Shown here one piece after another: positions 12,957 through 27,124 of a stretch of DNA of 64,000 nt; the stretch's first letter is position 1; each line of letters starts with the position of its first letter. The notes beneath the pieces are model-generated. The model saw only the letters and a list, made by a program, of their open reading frames with translations. It was not told the DNA's origin and did not search any database. Location of the stretch: assembly GCA_977016875.1 (NCBI GenBank), contig CDRNST010000090.1:620001-684000 (forward strand), read 5' to 3'. The position numbers and the translations under genes were made by a program. The DNA comes from Pavona decussata. Taxonomy: Eukaryota.

Positions 12957-13781
12957 GAGTTTTCGATTCGCTGCATGTTCCCCACTAACGAGCACCATTT
13001 GATCGCATACAATTGTTAACTTTGAAAATTCGTAATTCTCTTGCCACGAATCCGAGAACGGTACTTTTTTCCATATTTAAAACTTTATTTATTGCAATTA
13101 CTCATAACTGCAAAGCAATGTAAATTTTATCGTTTCTTTCCCTCCAAAAATTGACACATGTTCAACTCTTGAAGATCCATAATTGCCTTTTTTACATCTC
13201 CTAGCCCGGTAGTTTTAGATATATTGAACAATTAATTCCTTTTAGTTTTCGATAACCAATATATGTAGATAGTAACGTTTCTGAAAAACTGAAAGCGTTT
13301 AGTTTCTTTTGCAAGCGTTTAGTTTCTTTTTTGTATCTGCACGGATCTAATTATGTTTGTCTGAGAATACGCGAGTAAATTGTTAGTGACAGAATCTATT
13401 CAAGCGCCATGTACAATCTCTAAAGTGCCTATGAAGTGAAACATTTTTTGTAGCAGATTGATAGTTAAGTAGTTTCTTTGTAAAACGTTCTCAAACCTAC
13501 TGGCTTGAAGTTAGCACAGTAAATTGTGAGCCTACATGACATATGTAAAAACGATCGTATTACAATGCAACATACACCAAAAAAAAACTAGAGAGCCGTT
13601 TGTATGGACAGTAATTAATTACTTTTCCTGATTTTGCTGCTCTCATGTAGAAAAGAAAGATTTCTAGCAGCAAAAAGCTGTTCGAACAAGTTAAATTCAA
13701 CACACCCATGCGCGAAATAGGAACGCATACATCACGCATGAAAGACATAACGCAGAGTGTGGAGTGTAGTACTTGTTAACG
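12957..13781. repeat. Diverged, internally deleted copy of the array unit (left edge)
   Basis: Begins AGAGTTTTCGATTCGCTGCATGTT like the array units, but with many substitutions and jumps near 13695 and 13775. Confidence 0.8.
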
Positions 13782-15095
13782 TTCGCTGCATGTTCACCAT
13801 AACGAGCACAATTTGATCGCATACAATTTTTAACTTTGAAAATTCATAATTTTATTGCCATGAATCCTAGAACGGTACTTTTTTTTATTTTTAAAACTTT
13901 GTTTATTGCAATTATTCATAACTGCAAAGTCCAAAAATTGCCACATGTTCAACTTTTGAAATCCATAGTTGAATTTTTAACAAATCCTAACACGGTAGTT
14001 TTAGATGTATTGAACAATTAATTCCTTTTAGTTTTCGATAACCGATATATGTAGATAGTCACATTTCTGAAAAACTGAAAGCAGTAAATTGTGAGCCTAC
14101 ATGACATGTAAAAACGATCGTATTACAATGCAACATACCCAAAAAAATACTAGAGAGCCGTTTGTATGGACAGTAATTAATTACTTTTCCTGATTTTGCT
14201 GCTCTCATGTGGAAAAGAAAGATTTCTAGCAGCAAAAAAACTGTTCGAACAAGTCAATTTTACAAACCTTTCAAGCTGTTTTCCCACTTGCATCCATCAG
14301 GATTAGGGATCTCCTTGCGCGATGCATGAATTCATGTAGGCAGAAATTACAACAGAAACAGTACAATTCAGTGCAATAAGGCCACCAAAAGGAATCGCAG
14401 ATAACATTGCACATCCAAACGGAATGTAGTAAAGCTGTGGGCAGAGCTTTTTTTTTTTGGAGGAATACCAACTTCACAAGCAAATGTGCAGAAATGATAT
14501 GCGATGCTTATCTCCCTCAGAAATGGTGCAATAATTCGTAAACAATCATCCTAGGCGTAACCTGTCTGAGTTCAAAGCTGGTTTGTACTGCACAGCGCAC
14601 CGATCCAGTATTGCTAGGATCTTGCTGGATGAGAACAAATTCTTTTCTTGTTTTTCTTGAAGACAATTATAATCTTCCATGCGTTCATCACATCCAGAAT
14701 TCCTCCGAGTCACAATAGTTTATTGTTCAAAGACCACCTGCCAATCAAAGTTGACTTCAACACACCCATGTGCGAAATAGGAACGCATACATCGCGCATG
14801 AAAGACATAACGCAGAGTGTGGAGTGTGGTACTTGAGTGCAGGAGAAAGACAAGCAATGTACGTAAGCTTAGTGGTAGCAAAATGAGCCAATTGGTATTT
14901 CGCAAATCTGTAAAGATTGTTGCAGGCCGGGAACACATGATTCTTGTTAACGTTTATTTAGAAAACAGAGAAAAGTTAAATGTAGTTTACCCGTAGCTTA
15001 ATGCGCAGTTGATAGACATATCTGCGGATTACAACGCGTTTAATATTGATGTTGACAAATGTTAACCATTTTCAGAACAATCGAAGAACTTGAAG

Positions 15096-15363
15096 ATGAT
15101 ATTTGTTGCAGCAGCACTATTTTTAGTGCTGCTGAAGCGGCTCATTGAAGAGCCAGAGAGACTCCCGATTCAAGAAGAGGGAGATGGAGAAGGGTGAGTC
15201 ATTTTGTAATTTTAAAAAATGTTGTTTACAATTTTTAATTGACATGACTGAGATACAGAAAAGAGATATACAAATTACTGAGATGAATTTTCTCTGCATC
15301 AATGACAGGGATCCAGCAGAGATCAACGCCGGAGCAGTAGAGCACGATGAGGATGCTCCCTGA
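15096..15363 (+). CDS. Candidate spliced 50-aa acidic micropeptide, copy 1 (MIFVAAALFLVLLKRLIEEPERLPIQEEGDGEGDPAEINAGAVEHDEDAP)
   Basis: Exons 15096-15193 and 15309-15363 join in frame across a phase-2 GTGAGT...ACAG intron of 115 nt. The frame is conserved in the diverged copy at 28009. Confidence 0.5.
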
Positions 15364-16775
15364 TAAGAGGGAGCATCGGTTGTAAATATACGTTTTTTTT
15401 ACTGAAAGGTAAGAGTGCAGAGTGCAAATTAGGAAACAAAGGCCAGAGTTTTCGATTCGCTGCATGTTCACCATAACGAGCACAATTTGATCGCATACAA
15501 TTTTTAACTTTGAAAATTCATAATTTTATTGCCATGAATCCTAGAACGGTACTTTTTTTTAGTTTTAAAACTTTGTTTATTGCAATTATTCATAACTGCA
15601 AAGTCCAAAAATTGCCACATGTTCAACTTTTGAAATCCATAGTTGAATTTTTAACAAATCCTAACACGGTAGTTTTAGATGTATTGAACAATTAATTCCT
15701 TTTAGTTTTCGATAACCGATATATGTAGATAGTCACATTTCTGAAAAACTGAAAGCAGTAAATTGTGAGCCTACATGACATGTAAAAACGATCGTATTAC
15801 AATGCAACATACCTCAAAAAATACTAGAGAGCCGTTTGTATGGACAGTAATTAATTACTTTTCCTGATTTTGCTGCTCTCATGTAGAAAAGAAAGATTTC
15901 TAGCAGCAAAAAGCTGTTCGAACAAGTCAATTTTACAAACCTTTTAAGCTGTTTTCCCACTTGCATCCATCAGGATCAGGGATCTTCCCCAGGGATCTCC
16001 TTGCGCGATGCATCAATAATGCAGAAATTACAACAGAAACAGTACAATTCAGTGCAATAAGGCCACCAAAAGGAATCGCAGATAACATTGCACATCCAAA
16101 CGGAATGTAGTAAAGGTGTGGGCAGAGCTTTTTTTTTTGGAGGAATACCAACTTCACAAGCAAATGTGCAGAAATGATATGCGATGCTTATCTCCCTCAG
16201 AAATGGTGCAATAATTCGTAAACAATCATCCTAGGCGTAACCTGTCTGAGTTCAAAGCTGGTTTGTACTGCACAGCGCACCGATCCAGTATTGCTAGGAT
16301 CTTGCTGGATGAGAACAAATTCTTTTCTTGTTTTTCTTGAAGACAATTATAATCTTCCATGCGTTCATCACATCCAGAATTCCTCCGAGTCACAATAGTT
16401 TATTGTTCAAAGACCACCTGCCAATCAAAGTTGACTTCAACACACCCATGTGCGAAATAGGAACGCATACAGCGCGCATGAAAGACATAACGCAGAGTGT
16501 GGAGTGTAGTACTTGAGTGCAGGAGAAAGACAAGCAATGTACGTAAGCTTAGTGGTAGCAAAATGAGCCAATTGGTATTTCGCAAATCTGTAAAGATTGT
16601 TGCAGGCCGGGAACACATGATTCTTGTTAACGTTTATTTAGAAAACAGAGAAAAGTTAAATGTAGTTTACCCGTAGCTTAATGCGCAGTTGATAGACATA
16701 TCTGCGGATTACAACGCGTTTAATATTGATGTTGACAAATGTTAAACATTTTCAGAACAATCGAAGAACTTGAAG

Positions 16776-17043
16776 ATGATATTTGTTGCAGCAGCACTAT
16801 TTTTAGTGCTGCTGAAGCGGCTCATTGAAGAGCCAGAGAGACTCCCGATTCAAGAAGAGGGAGATGGAGAAGGGTGAGTCATTTTGTAATTTTAAAAAAT
16901 GTTGTTTACAATTTTTAATTGACATGACTGAGATACAGAAAAGAGATATACAAATTACTGAGATGAATTTTCTCTGCATCAATGACAGGGATCCAGCAGA
17001 GATCAACGCCGGAGCAGTAGAGCACGATGAGGATGCTCCCTGA
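16776..17043 (+). CDS. Candidate micropeptide, copy 2
   Basis: Same exons and intron as copy 1. Confidence 0.5.
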
Positions 17044-18455
17044 TAAGAGGGAGCATCGGTTGTAAATATACGTTTTTTTTACTGAAAGGTAAGAGTGCAG
17101 AGTGCAAATTAGGAAACAAAGGCCAGAGTTTTCGATTCGCTGCATGTTCACCATAACGAGCACAATTTGATCGCATACAATTTTTAACTTTGAAAATTCA
17201 TAATTTTATTGCCATGAATCCTAGAACGGTACTTTTTTTTAGTTTTAAAACTTTGTTTATTGCAATTATTCATAACTGCAAAGTCCAAAAATTGCCACAT
17301 GTTCAACTTTTGAAATCCATAGTTGAATTTTTAACAAATCCTAACACGGTAGTTTTAGATGTATTGAACAATTAATTCCTTTTAGTTTTCGATAACCGAT
17401 ATATGTAGATAGTCACATTTCTGAAAAACTGAAAGCAGTAAATTGTGAGCCTACATGACATGTAAAAACGATCGTATTACAATGCAACATACCTCAAAAA
17501 ATACTAGAGAGCCGTTTGTATGGACAGTAATTAATTACTTTTCCTGATTTTGCTGCTCTCATGTAGAAAAGAAAGATTTCTAGCAGCAAAAAGCTGTTCG
17601 AACAAGTCAATTTTACAAACCTTTTAAGCTGTTTTCCCACTTGCATCCATCAGGATCAGGGATCTTCCCCAGGGATCTCCTTGCGCGATGCATCAATAAT
17701 GCAGAAATTACAACAGAAACAGTACAATTCAGTGCAATAAGGCCACCAAAAGGAATCGCAGATAACATTGCACATCCAAACGGAATGTAGTAAAGGTGTG
17801 GGCAGAGCTTTTTTTTTTGGAGGAATACCAACTTCACAAGCAAATGTGCAGAAATGATATGCGATGCTTATCTCCCTCAGAAATGGTGCAATAATTCGTA
17901 AACAATCATCCTAGGCGTAACCTGTCTGAGTTCAAAGCTGGTTTGTACTGCACAGCGCACCGATCCAGTATTGCTAGGATCTTGCTGGATGAGAACAAAT
18001 TCTTTTCTTGTTTTTCTTGAAGACAATTATAATCTTCCATGCGTTCATCACATCCAGAATTCCTCCGAGTCACAATAGTTTATTGTTCAAAGACCACCTG
18101 CCAATCAAAGTTGACTTCAACACACCCATGTGCGAAATAGGAACGCATACAGCGCGCATGAAAGACATAACGCAGAGTGTGGAGTGTAGTACTTGAGTGC
18201 AGGAGAAAGACAAGCAATGTACGTAAGCTTAGTGGTAGCAAAATGAGCCAATTGGTATTTCGCAAATCTGTAAAGATTGTTGCAGGCCGGGAACACATGA
18301 TTCTTGTTAACGTTTATTTAGAAAACAGAGAAAAGTTAAATGTAGTTTACCCGTAGCTTAATGCGCAGTTGATAGACATATCTGCGGATTACAACGCGTT
18401 TAATATTGATGTTGACAAATGTTAAACATTTTCAGAACAATCGAAGAACTTGAAG

Positions 18456-18723
18456 ATGATATTTGTTGCAGCAGCACTATTTTTAGTGCTGCTGAAGCGG
18501 CTCATTGAAGAGCCAGAGAGACTCCCGATTCAAGAAGAGGGAGATGGAGAAGGGTGAGTCATTTTGTAATTTTAAAAAATGTTGTTTACAATTTTTAATT
18601 GACATGACTGAGATACAGAAAAGAGATATACAAATTACTGAGATGAATTTTCTCTGCATCAATGACAGGGATCCAGCAGAGATCAACGCCGGAGCAGTAG
18701 AGCACGATGAGGATGCTCCCTGA
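18456..18723 (+). CDS. Candidate micropeptide, copy 3
   Basis: Same exons and intron as copy 1. Confidence 0.5.
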
Positions 18724-20139
18724 TAAGAGGGAGCATCGGTTGTAAATATACGTTTTTTTTACTGAAAGGTAAGAGTGCAGAGTGCAAATTAGGAAACAAA
18801 GGCCAGAGTTTTCGATTCGCTGCATGTTCACCATAACGAGCACAATTTGATCGCATACAATTTTTAACTTTGAAAATTCATAATTTTATTGCCATGAATC
18901 CTAGAACGGTACTTTTTTTTAGTTTTAAAACTTTGTTTATTGCAATTATTCATAACTGCAAAGTCCAAAAATTGCCACATGTTCAACTTTTGAAATCCAT
19001 AGTTGAATTTTTAACAAATCCTAACACGGTAGTTTTAGATGTATTGAACAATTAATTCCTTTTAGTTTTCGATAACCGATATATGTAGATAGTCACATTT
19101 CTGAAAAACTGAAAGCAGTAAATTGTGAGCCTACATGACATGTAAAAACGATCGTATTACAATGCAACATACCTCAAAAAATACTAGAGAGCCGTTTGTA
19201 TGGACAGTAATTAATTACTTTTCCTGATTTTGCTGCTCTCATGTAGAAAAGAAAGATTTCTAGCAGCAAAAAGCTGTTCGAACAAGTCAATTTTACAAAC
19301 CTTTTAAGCTGTTTTCCCACTTGCATCCATCAGGATCAGGGATCTTCCCCAGGGATCTCCTTGCGCGATGCATCAATTCATGTATGCAGAAATTACAACA
19401 GAAACAGTACAATTCGGTGCAATAAGGCGCCCAGAAAGAATCGCAGATAAAATTTCACATCCAAACGGAATGTAGTAAAGCTGTGGGCAGAGCTTTTTTT
19501 TTGGAGGAATACCAACTTGACAAGCAAATGTCCTGAAATGATATGCGATGCTTACCTCCCTCAGAAATGGTGCAACAATTTGTAAACAATCATCATAGGC
19601 GTAACCTGTATGAGTTCAAAGCTGGTTTGTACTGCACAGCGCACCGATCCGGTATTGCTAGGATCTTGCTAGATGAGAACAAATTCTTTTCTTGTTTTTC
19701 TTGAAGACAATTATAATCTTCCATGCGTTCATCACATCCAGAATTCCTCCGAGTCACAATAGTTTATTGTTCAAAAACCACCTGCCAATCAAAGTTGACT
19801 TCAACACACCCATGCGCGAAATAGGAACGCATACATCGCGCATGAAAGACATAATGCAGAGTGTGGAGTGTGGTACTTGAGTGCAGGAGAAAGACAAGCA
19901 ATGTACGTAAGCTTAGTGGTAGCAAAATGAGCCAATTGGTATTTCGCAAATCTGTAAAGATTGTTGCAGGCCGGGAACACATGATTCTTGTTAACGTTTA
20001 TTTAGAAAACAGAGAAAAGTTAAATGTAGTTTACCCGTAGCTTAATGCGTAGTTGATAGACATATCTGCGGATTACAACGCGTTTAATATTGATGTTGAC
20101 AAATGTTAAACATTTTCAGAACAATCGAAGAACTTGAAG

Positions 20140-20407
20140 ATGATATTTGTTGCAGCAGCACTATTTTTAGTGCTGCTGAAGCGGCTCATTGAAGAGCCAG
20201 AGAGACTCCCGATTCAAGAAGAGGGAGATGGAGAAGGGTGAGTCATTTTGTAATTTTAAAAAATGTTGTTTACAATTTTTAATTGACATGACTGAGATAC
20301 AGAAAAGAGATATACAAATTACTGAGATGAATTTTCTCTGCATCAATGACAGGGATCCAGCAGAGATCAACGCCGGAGCAGTAGAGCACGATGAGGATGC
20401 TCCCTGA
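20140..20407 (+). CDS. Candidate micropeptide, copy 4
   Basis: Same exons and intron as copy 1. Confidence 0.5.
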
Positions 20408-21819
20408 TAAGAGGGAGCATCGGTTGTAAATATACGTTTTTTTTACTGAAAGGTAAGAGTGCAGAGTGCAAATTAGGAAACAAAGGCCAGAGTTTTCGAT
20501 TCGCTGCATGTTCACCATAACGAGCACAATTTGATCGCATACAATTTTTAACTTTGAAAATTCATAATTTTATTGCCATGAATCCTAGAACGGTACTTTT
20601 TTTTAGTTTTAAAACTTTGTTTATTGCAATTATTCATAACTGCAAAGTCCAAAAATTGCCACATGTTCAACTTTTGAAATCCATAGTTGAATTTTTAACA
20701 AATCCTAACACGGTAGTTTTAGATGTATTGAACAATTAATTCCTTTTAGTTTTCGATAACCGATATATGTAGATAGTCACATTTCTGAAAAACTGAAAGC
20801 AGTAAATTGTGAGCCTACATGACATGTAAAAACGATCGTATTACAATGCAACATACCTCAAAAAATACTAGAGAGCCGTTTGTATGGACAGTAATTAATT
20901 ACTTTTCCTGATTTTGCTGCTCTCATGTAGAAAAGAAAGATTTCTAGCAGCAAAAAGCTGTTCGAACAAGTCAATTTTACAAACCTTTTAAGCTGTTTTC
21001 CCACTTGCATCCATCAGGATCAGGGATCTTCCCCAGGGATCTCCTTGCGCGATGCATCAATAATGCAGAAATTACAACAGAAACAGTACAATTCAGTGCA
21101 ATAAGGCCACCAAAAGGAATCGCAGATAACATTGCACATCCAAACGGAATGTAGTAAAGGTGTGGGCAGAGCTTTTTTTTTTGGAGGAATACCAACTTCA
21201 CAAGCAAATGTGCAGAAATGATATGCGATGCTTATCTCCCTCAGAAATGGTGCAATAATTCGTAAACAATCATCCTAGGCGTAACCTGTCTGAGTTCAAA
21301 GCTGGTTTGTACTGCACAGCGCACCGATCCAGTATTGCTAGGATCTTGCTGGATGAGAACAAATTCTTTTCTTGTTTTTCTTGAAGACAATTATAATCTT
21401 CCATGCGTTCATCACATCCAGAATTCCTCCGAGTCACAATAGTTTATTGTTCAAAGACCACCTGCCAATCAAAGTTGACTTCAACACACCCATGTGCGAA
21501 ATAGGAACGCATACAGCGCGCATGAAAGACATAACGCAGAGTGTGGAGTGTAGTACTTGAGTGCAGGAGAAAGACAAGCAATGTACGTAAGCTTAGTGGT
21601 AGCAAAATGAGCCAATTGGTATTTCGCAAATCTGTAAAGATTGTTGCAGGCCGGGAACACATGATTCTTGTTAACGTTTATTTAGAAAACAGAGAAAAGT
21701 TAAATGTAGTTTACCCGTAGCTTAATGCGCAGTTGATAGACATATCTGCGGATTACAACGCGTTTAATATTGATGTTGACAAATGTTAAACATTTTCAGA
21801 ACAATCGAAGAACTTGAAG

Positions 21820-22087
21820 ATGATATTTGTTGCAGCAGCACTATTTTTAGTGCTGCTGAAGCGGCTCATTGAAGAGCCAGAGAGACTCCCGATTCAAGAA
21901 GAGGGAGATGGAGAAGGGTGAGTCATTTTGTAATTTTAAAAAATGTTGTTTACAATTTTTAATTGACATGACTGAGATACAGAAAAGAGATATACAAATT
22001 ACTGAGATGAATTTTCTCTGCATCAATGACAGGGATCCAGCAGAGATCAACGCCGGAGCAGTAGAGCACGATGAGGATGCTCCCTGA
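21820..22087 (+). CDS. Candidate micropeptide, copy 5
   Basis: Same exons and intron as copy 1. Confidence 0.5.
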
Positions 22088-23499
22088 TAAGAGGGAGCAT
22101 CGGTTGTAAATATACGTTTTTTTTACTGAAAGGTAAGAGTGCAGAGTGCAAATTAGGAAACAAAGGCCAGAGTTTTCGATTCGCTGCATGTTCACCATAA
22201 CGAGCACAATTTGATCGCATACAATTTTTAACTTTGAAAATTCATAATTTTATTGCCATGAATCCTAGAACGGTACTTTTTTTTAGTTTTAAAACTTTGT
22301 TTATTGCAATTATTCATAACTGCAAAGTCCAAAAATTGCCACATGTTCAACTTTTGAAATCCATAGTTGAATTTTTAACAAATCCTAACACGGTAGTTTT
22401 AGATGTATTGAACAATTAATTCCTTTTAGTTTTCGATAACCGATATATGTAGATAGTCACATTTCTGAAAAACTGAAAGCAGTAAATTGTGAGCCTACAT
22501 GACATGTAAAAACGATCGTATTACAATGCAACATACCTCAAAAAATACTAGAGAGCCGTTTGTATGGACAGTAATTAATTACTTTTCCTGATTTTGCTGC
22601 TCTCATGTAGAAAAGAAAGATTTCTAGCAGCAAAAAGCTGTTCGAACAAGTCAATTTTACAAACCTTTTAAGCTGTTTTCCCACTTGCATCCATCAGGAT
22701 CAGGGATCTTCCCCAGGGATCTCCTTGCGCGATGCATCAATAATGCAGAAATTACAACAGAAACAGTACAATTCAGTGCAATAAGGCCACCAAAAGGAAT
22801 CGCAGATAACATTGCACATCCAAACGGAATGTAGTAAAGGTGTGGGCAGAGCTTTTTTTTTTGGAGGAATACCAACTTCACAAGCAAATGTGCAGAAATG
22901 ATATGCGATGCTTATCTCCCTCAGAAATGGTGCAATAATTCGTAAACAATCATCCTAGGCGTAACCTGTCTGAGTTCAAAGCTGGTTTGTACTGCACAGC
23001 GCACCGATCCAGTATTGCTAGGATCTTGCTGGATGAGAACAAATTCTTTTCTTGTTTTTCTTGAAGACAATTATAATCTTCCATGCGTTCATCACATCCA
23101 GAATTCCTCCGAGTCACAATAGTTTATTGTTCAAAGACCACCTGCCAATCAAAGTTGACTTCAACACACCCATGTGCGAAATAGGAACGCATACAGCGCG
23201 CATGAAAGACATAACGCAGAGTGTGGAGTGTAGTACTTGAGTGCAGGAGAAAGACAAGCAATGTACGTAAGCTTAGTGGTAGCAAAATGAGCCAATTGGT
23301 ATTTCGCAAATCTGTAAAGATTGTTGCAGGCCGGGAACACATGATTCTTGTTAACGTTTATTTAGAAAACAGAGAAAAGTTAAATGTAGTTTACCCGTAG
23401 CTTAATGCGCAGTTGATAGACATATCTGCGGATTACAACGCGTTTAATATTGATGTTGACAAATGTTAAACATTTTCAGAACAATCGAAGAACTTGAAG

Positions 23500-23767
23500 A
23501 TGATATTTGTTGCAGCAGCACTATTTTTAGTGCTGCTGAAGCGGCTCATTGAAGAGCCAGAGAGACTCCCGATTCAAGAAGAGGGAGATGGAGAAGGGTG
23601 AGTCATTTTGTAATTTTAAAAAATGTTGTTTACAATTTTTAATTGACATGACTGAGATACAGAAAAGAGATATACAAATTACTGAGATGAATTTTCTCTG
23701 CATCAATGACAGGGATCCAGCAGAGATCAACGCCGGAGCAGTAGAGCACGATGAGGATGCTCCCTGA
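23500..23767 (+). CDS. Candidate micropeptide, copy 6
   Basis: Same exons and intron as copy 1. Confidence 0.5.
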
Positions 23768-25183
23768 TAAGAGGGAGCATCGGTTGTAAATATACGTTTT
23801 TTTTACTGAAAGGTAAGAGTGCAGAGTGCAAATTAGGAAACAAAGGCCAGAGTTTTCGATTCGCTGCATGTTCACCATAACGAGCACAATTTGATCGCAT
23901 ACAATTTTTAACTTTGAAAATTCATAATTTTATTGCCATGAATCCTAGAACGGTACTTTTTTTTAGTTTTAAAACTTTGTTTATTGCAATTATTCATAAC
24001 TGCAAAGTCCAAAAATTGCCACATGTTCAACTTTTGAAATCCATAGTTGAATTTTTAACAAATCCTAACACGGTAGTTTTAGATGTATTGAACAATTAAT
24101 TCCTTTTAGTTTTCGATAACCGATATATGTAGATAGTCACATTTCTGAAAAACTGAAAGCAGTAAATTGTGAGCCTACATGACATGTAAAAACGATCGTA
24201 TTACAATGCAACATACCTCAAAAAATACTAGAGAGCCGTTTGTATGGACAGTAATTAATTACTTTTCCTGATTTTGCTGCTCTCATGTAGAAAAGAAAGA
24301 TTTCTAGCAGCAAAAAGCTGTTCGAACAAGTCAATTTTACAAACCTTTTAAGCTGTTTTCCCACTTGCATCCATCAGGATCAGGGATCTTCCCCAGGGAT
24401 CTCCTTGCGCGATGCATCAATTCATGTATGCAGAAATTACAACAGAAACAGTACAATTCGGTGCAATAAGGCGCCCAGAAAGAATCGCAGATAAAATTTC
24501 ACATCCAAACGGAATGTAGTAAAGCTGTGGGCAGAGCTTTTTTTTTGGAGGAATACCAACTTGACAAGCAAATGTCCTGAAATGATATGCGATGCTTACC
24601 TCCCTCAGAAATGGTGCAACAATTTGTAAACAATCATCATAGGCGTAACCTGTATGAGTTCAAAGCTGGTTTGTACTGCACAGCGCACCGATCCGGTATT
24701 GCTAGGATCTTGCTAGATGAGAACAAATTCTTTTCTTGTTTTTCTTGAAGACAATTATAATCTTCCATGCGTTCATCACATCCAGAATTCCTCCGAGTCA
24801 CAATAGTTTATTGTTCAAAAACCACCTGCCAATCAAAGTTGACTTCAACACACCCATGCGCGAAATAGGAACGCATACATCGCGCATGAAAGACATAATG
24901 CAGAGTGTGGAGTGTGGTACTTGAGTGCAGGAGAAAGACAAGCAATGTACGTAAGCTTAGTGGTAGCAAAATGAGCCAATTGGTATTTCGCAAATCTGTA
25001 AAGATTGTTGCAGGCCGGGAACACATGATTCTTGTTAACGTTTATTTAGAAAACAGAGAAAAGTTAAATGTAGTTTACCCGTAGCTTAATGCGTAGTTGA
25101 TAGACATATCTGCGGATTACAACGCGTTTAATATTGATGTTGACAAATGTTAAACATTTTCAGAACAATCGAAGAACTTGAAG

Positions 25184-25451
25184 ATGATATTTGTTGCAGC
25201 AGCACTATTTTTAGTGCTGCTGAAGCGGCTCATTGAAGAGCCAGAGAGACTCCCGATTCAAGAAGAGGGAGATGGAGAAGGGTGAGTCATTTTGTAATTT
25301 TAAAAAATGTTGTTTACAATTTTTAATTGACATGACTGAGATACAGAAAAGAGATATACAAATTACTGAGATGAATTTTCTCTGCATCAATGACAGGGAT
25401 CCAGCAGAGATCAACGCCGGAGCAGTAGAGCACGATGAGGATGCTCCCTGA
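25184..25451 (+). CDS. Candidate micropeptide, copy 7
   Basis: Same exons and intron as copy 1. Confidence 0.5.
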
Positions 25452-26856
25452 TAAGAGGGAGCATCGGTTGTAAATATACGTTTTTTTTACTGAAAGGTAA
25501 GAGTGCAGAGTGCAAATTAGGAAACAAAGGCCAGAGTTTTCGATTCGCTGCATGTTCACCATAACGAGCACAATTTGATCGCATACAATTTTTAACTTTG
25601 AAAATTCATAATTTTATTGCCATGAATCCTAGAACGGTACTTTTTTTTAGTTTTAAAACTTTGTTTATTGCAATTATTCATAACTGCAAAGTCCAAAAAT
25701 TGCCACATGTTCAACTTTTGAAATCCATAGTTGAATTTTTAACAAATCCTAACACGGTAGTTTTAGATGTATTGAACAATTAATTCCTTTTAGTTTTCGA
25801 TAACCGATATATGTAGATAGTCACATTTCTGAAAAACTGAAAGCAGTAAATTGTGAGCCTACATGACATGTAAAAACGATCGTATTACAATGCAACATAC
25901 CCCAAAAAATACTAGAGAGCCGTTTGTATGGACAGTAATTAATTACTTTTCCTGATTTTGCTGCTCTCATGTGGAAAAGAAAGATTTCTAGCAGCAAAAA
26001 AACTGTTCGAACAAGTCAATTTTACAAACCTTTCAAGCTGTTTTCCCACTTGCATCCATCAGGATTAGGGATCTCCTTGCGCGATGCATGAATTCATGTA
26101 GGCAGAAATTACAACAGAAACAGTACAATTCAGTGCAATAAGGCCACCAAAAGGAATCGCAGATAACATTGCACATCCAAACGGAATGTAGTAAAGCTGT
26201 GGGCAGAGCTTTTTTTTTTGGAGGAATACCAACTTCACAAGCAAATGTGCAGAAATGATTTGCGATGCTTATCTCCCTCAGAAATGGTGCAATAATTCGT
26301 AAACAATCATCCTAGGGGTAACCTGTATGAGTTCAAAGCTGGTTTGTACTGCACAGCGCACCGATCCAGTATTGCTAGGATCTTGCTGGATGAGAACAAA
26401 TTCTTTCCTTGTTTTTCTTGAAGACAATTATAATCTTCCATGCGTTCATCACATCCAGAATTCCTCCGAGTCACAATAGTTTATTGTTCAAAGACCACCT
26501 GCCAATCAAAGTTGACTTCAACACACCCATGTGCGAAATAGGAACGCATACATCGCGCATGAAAGACATAACGCAGAGTGTGGAGTGTGGTACTTGAGTG
26601 CAGGAGAAAGACAAGCAATGTACGTAAGCTTAGTGGTAGCAAAATGAGCCAATTGGTATTTCGCAAATCTGTAAAGATTGTTGCAGGCCGGGAACACATG
26701 ATTCTTGTTAACGTTTATTTAGAAAACAGAGAAAAGTTAAATGTAGTTTACCCGTAGCTTAATGCGCAGTTGATAGACATATCTGCGGATTACAACGCGT
26801 TTAATATTGATGTTGACAAATGTTAACCATTTTCAGAACAATCGAAGAACTTGAAG

Positions 26857-27124
26857 ATGATATTTGTTGCAGCAGCACTATTTTTAGTGCTGCTGAAGCG
26901 GCTCATTGAAGAGCCAGAGAGACTCCCGATTCAAGAAGAGGGAGATGGAGAAGGGTGAGTCATTTTGTAATTTTAAAAAATGTTGTTTACAATTTTTAAT
27001 TGACATGACTGAGATACAGAAAAGAGATATACAAATTACTGAGATGAATTTTCTCTGCATCAATGACAGGGATCCAGCAGAGATCAACGCCGGAGCAGTA
27101 GAGCACGATGAGGATGCTCCCTGA
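26857..27124 (+). CDS. Candidate micropeptide, copy 8
   Basis: Same exons and intron as copy 1. Confidence 0.5.

Noticed and set aside
14271-14760. Cys/Trp-rich minus-strand reading (SVWMCNVICDSFWWPYCTELYCFCCNFC) as a gene
   Set aside because: It is interrupted by stops, frameshifts between unit types, and is deleted in both edge copies.
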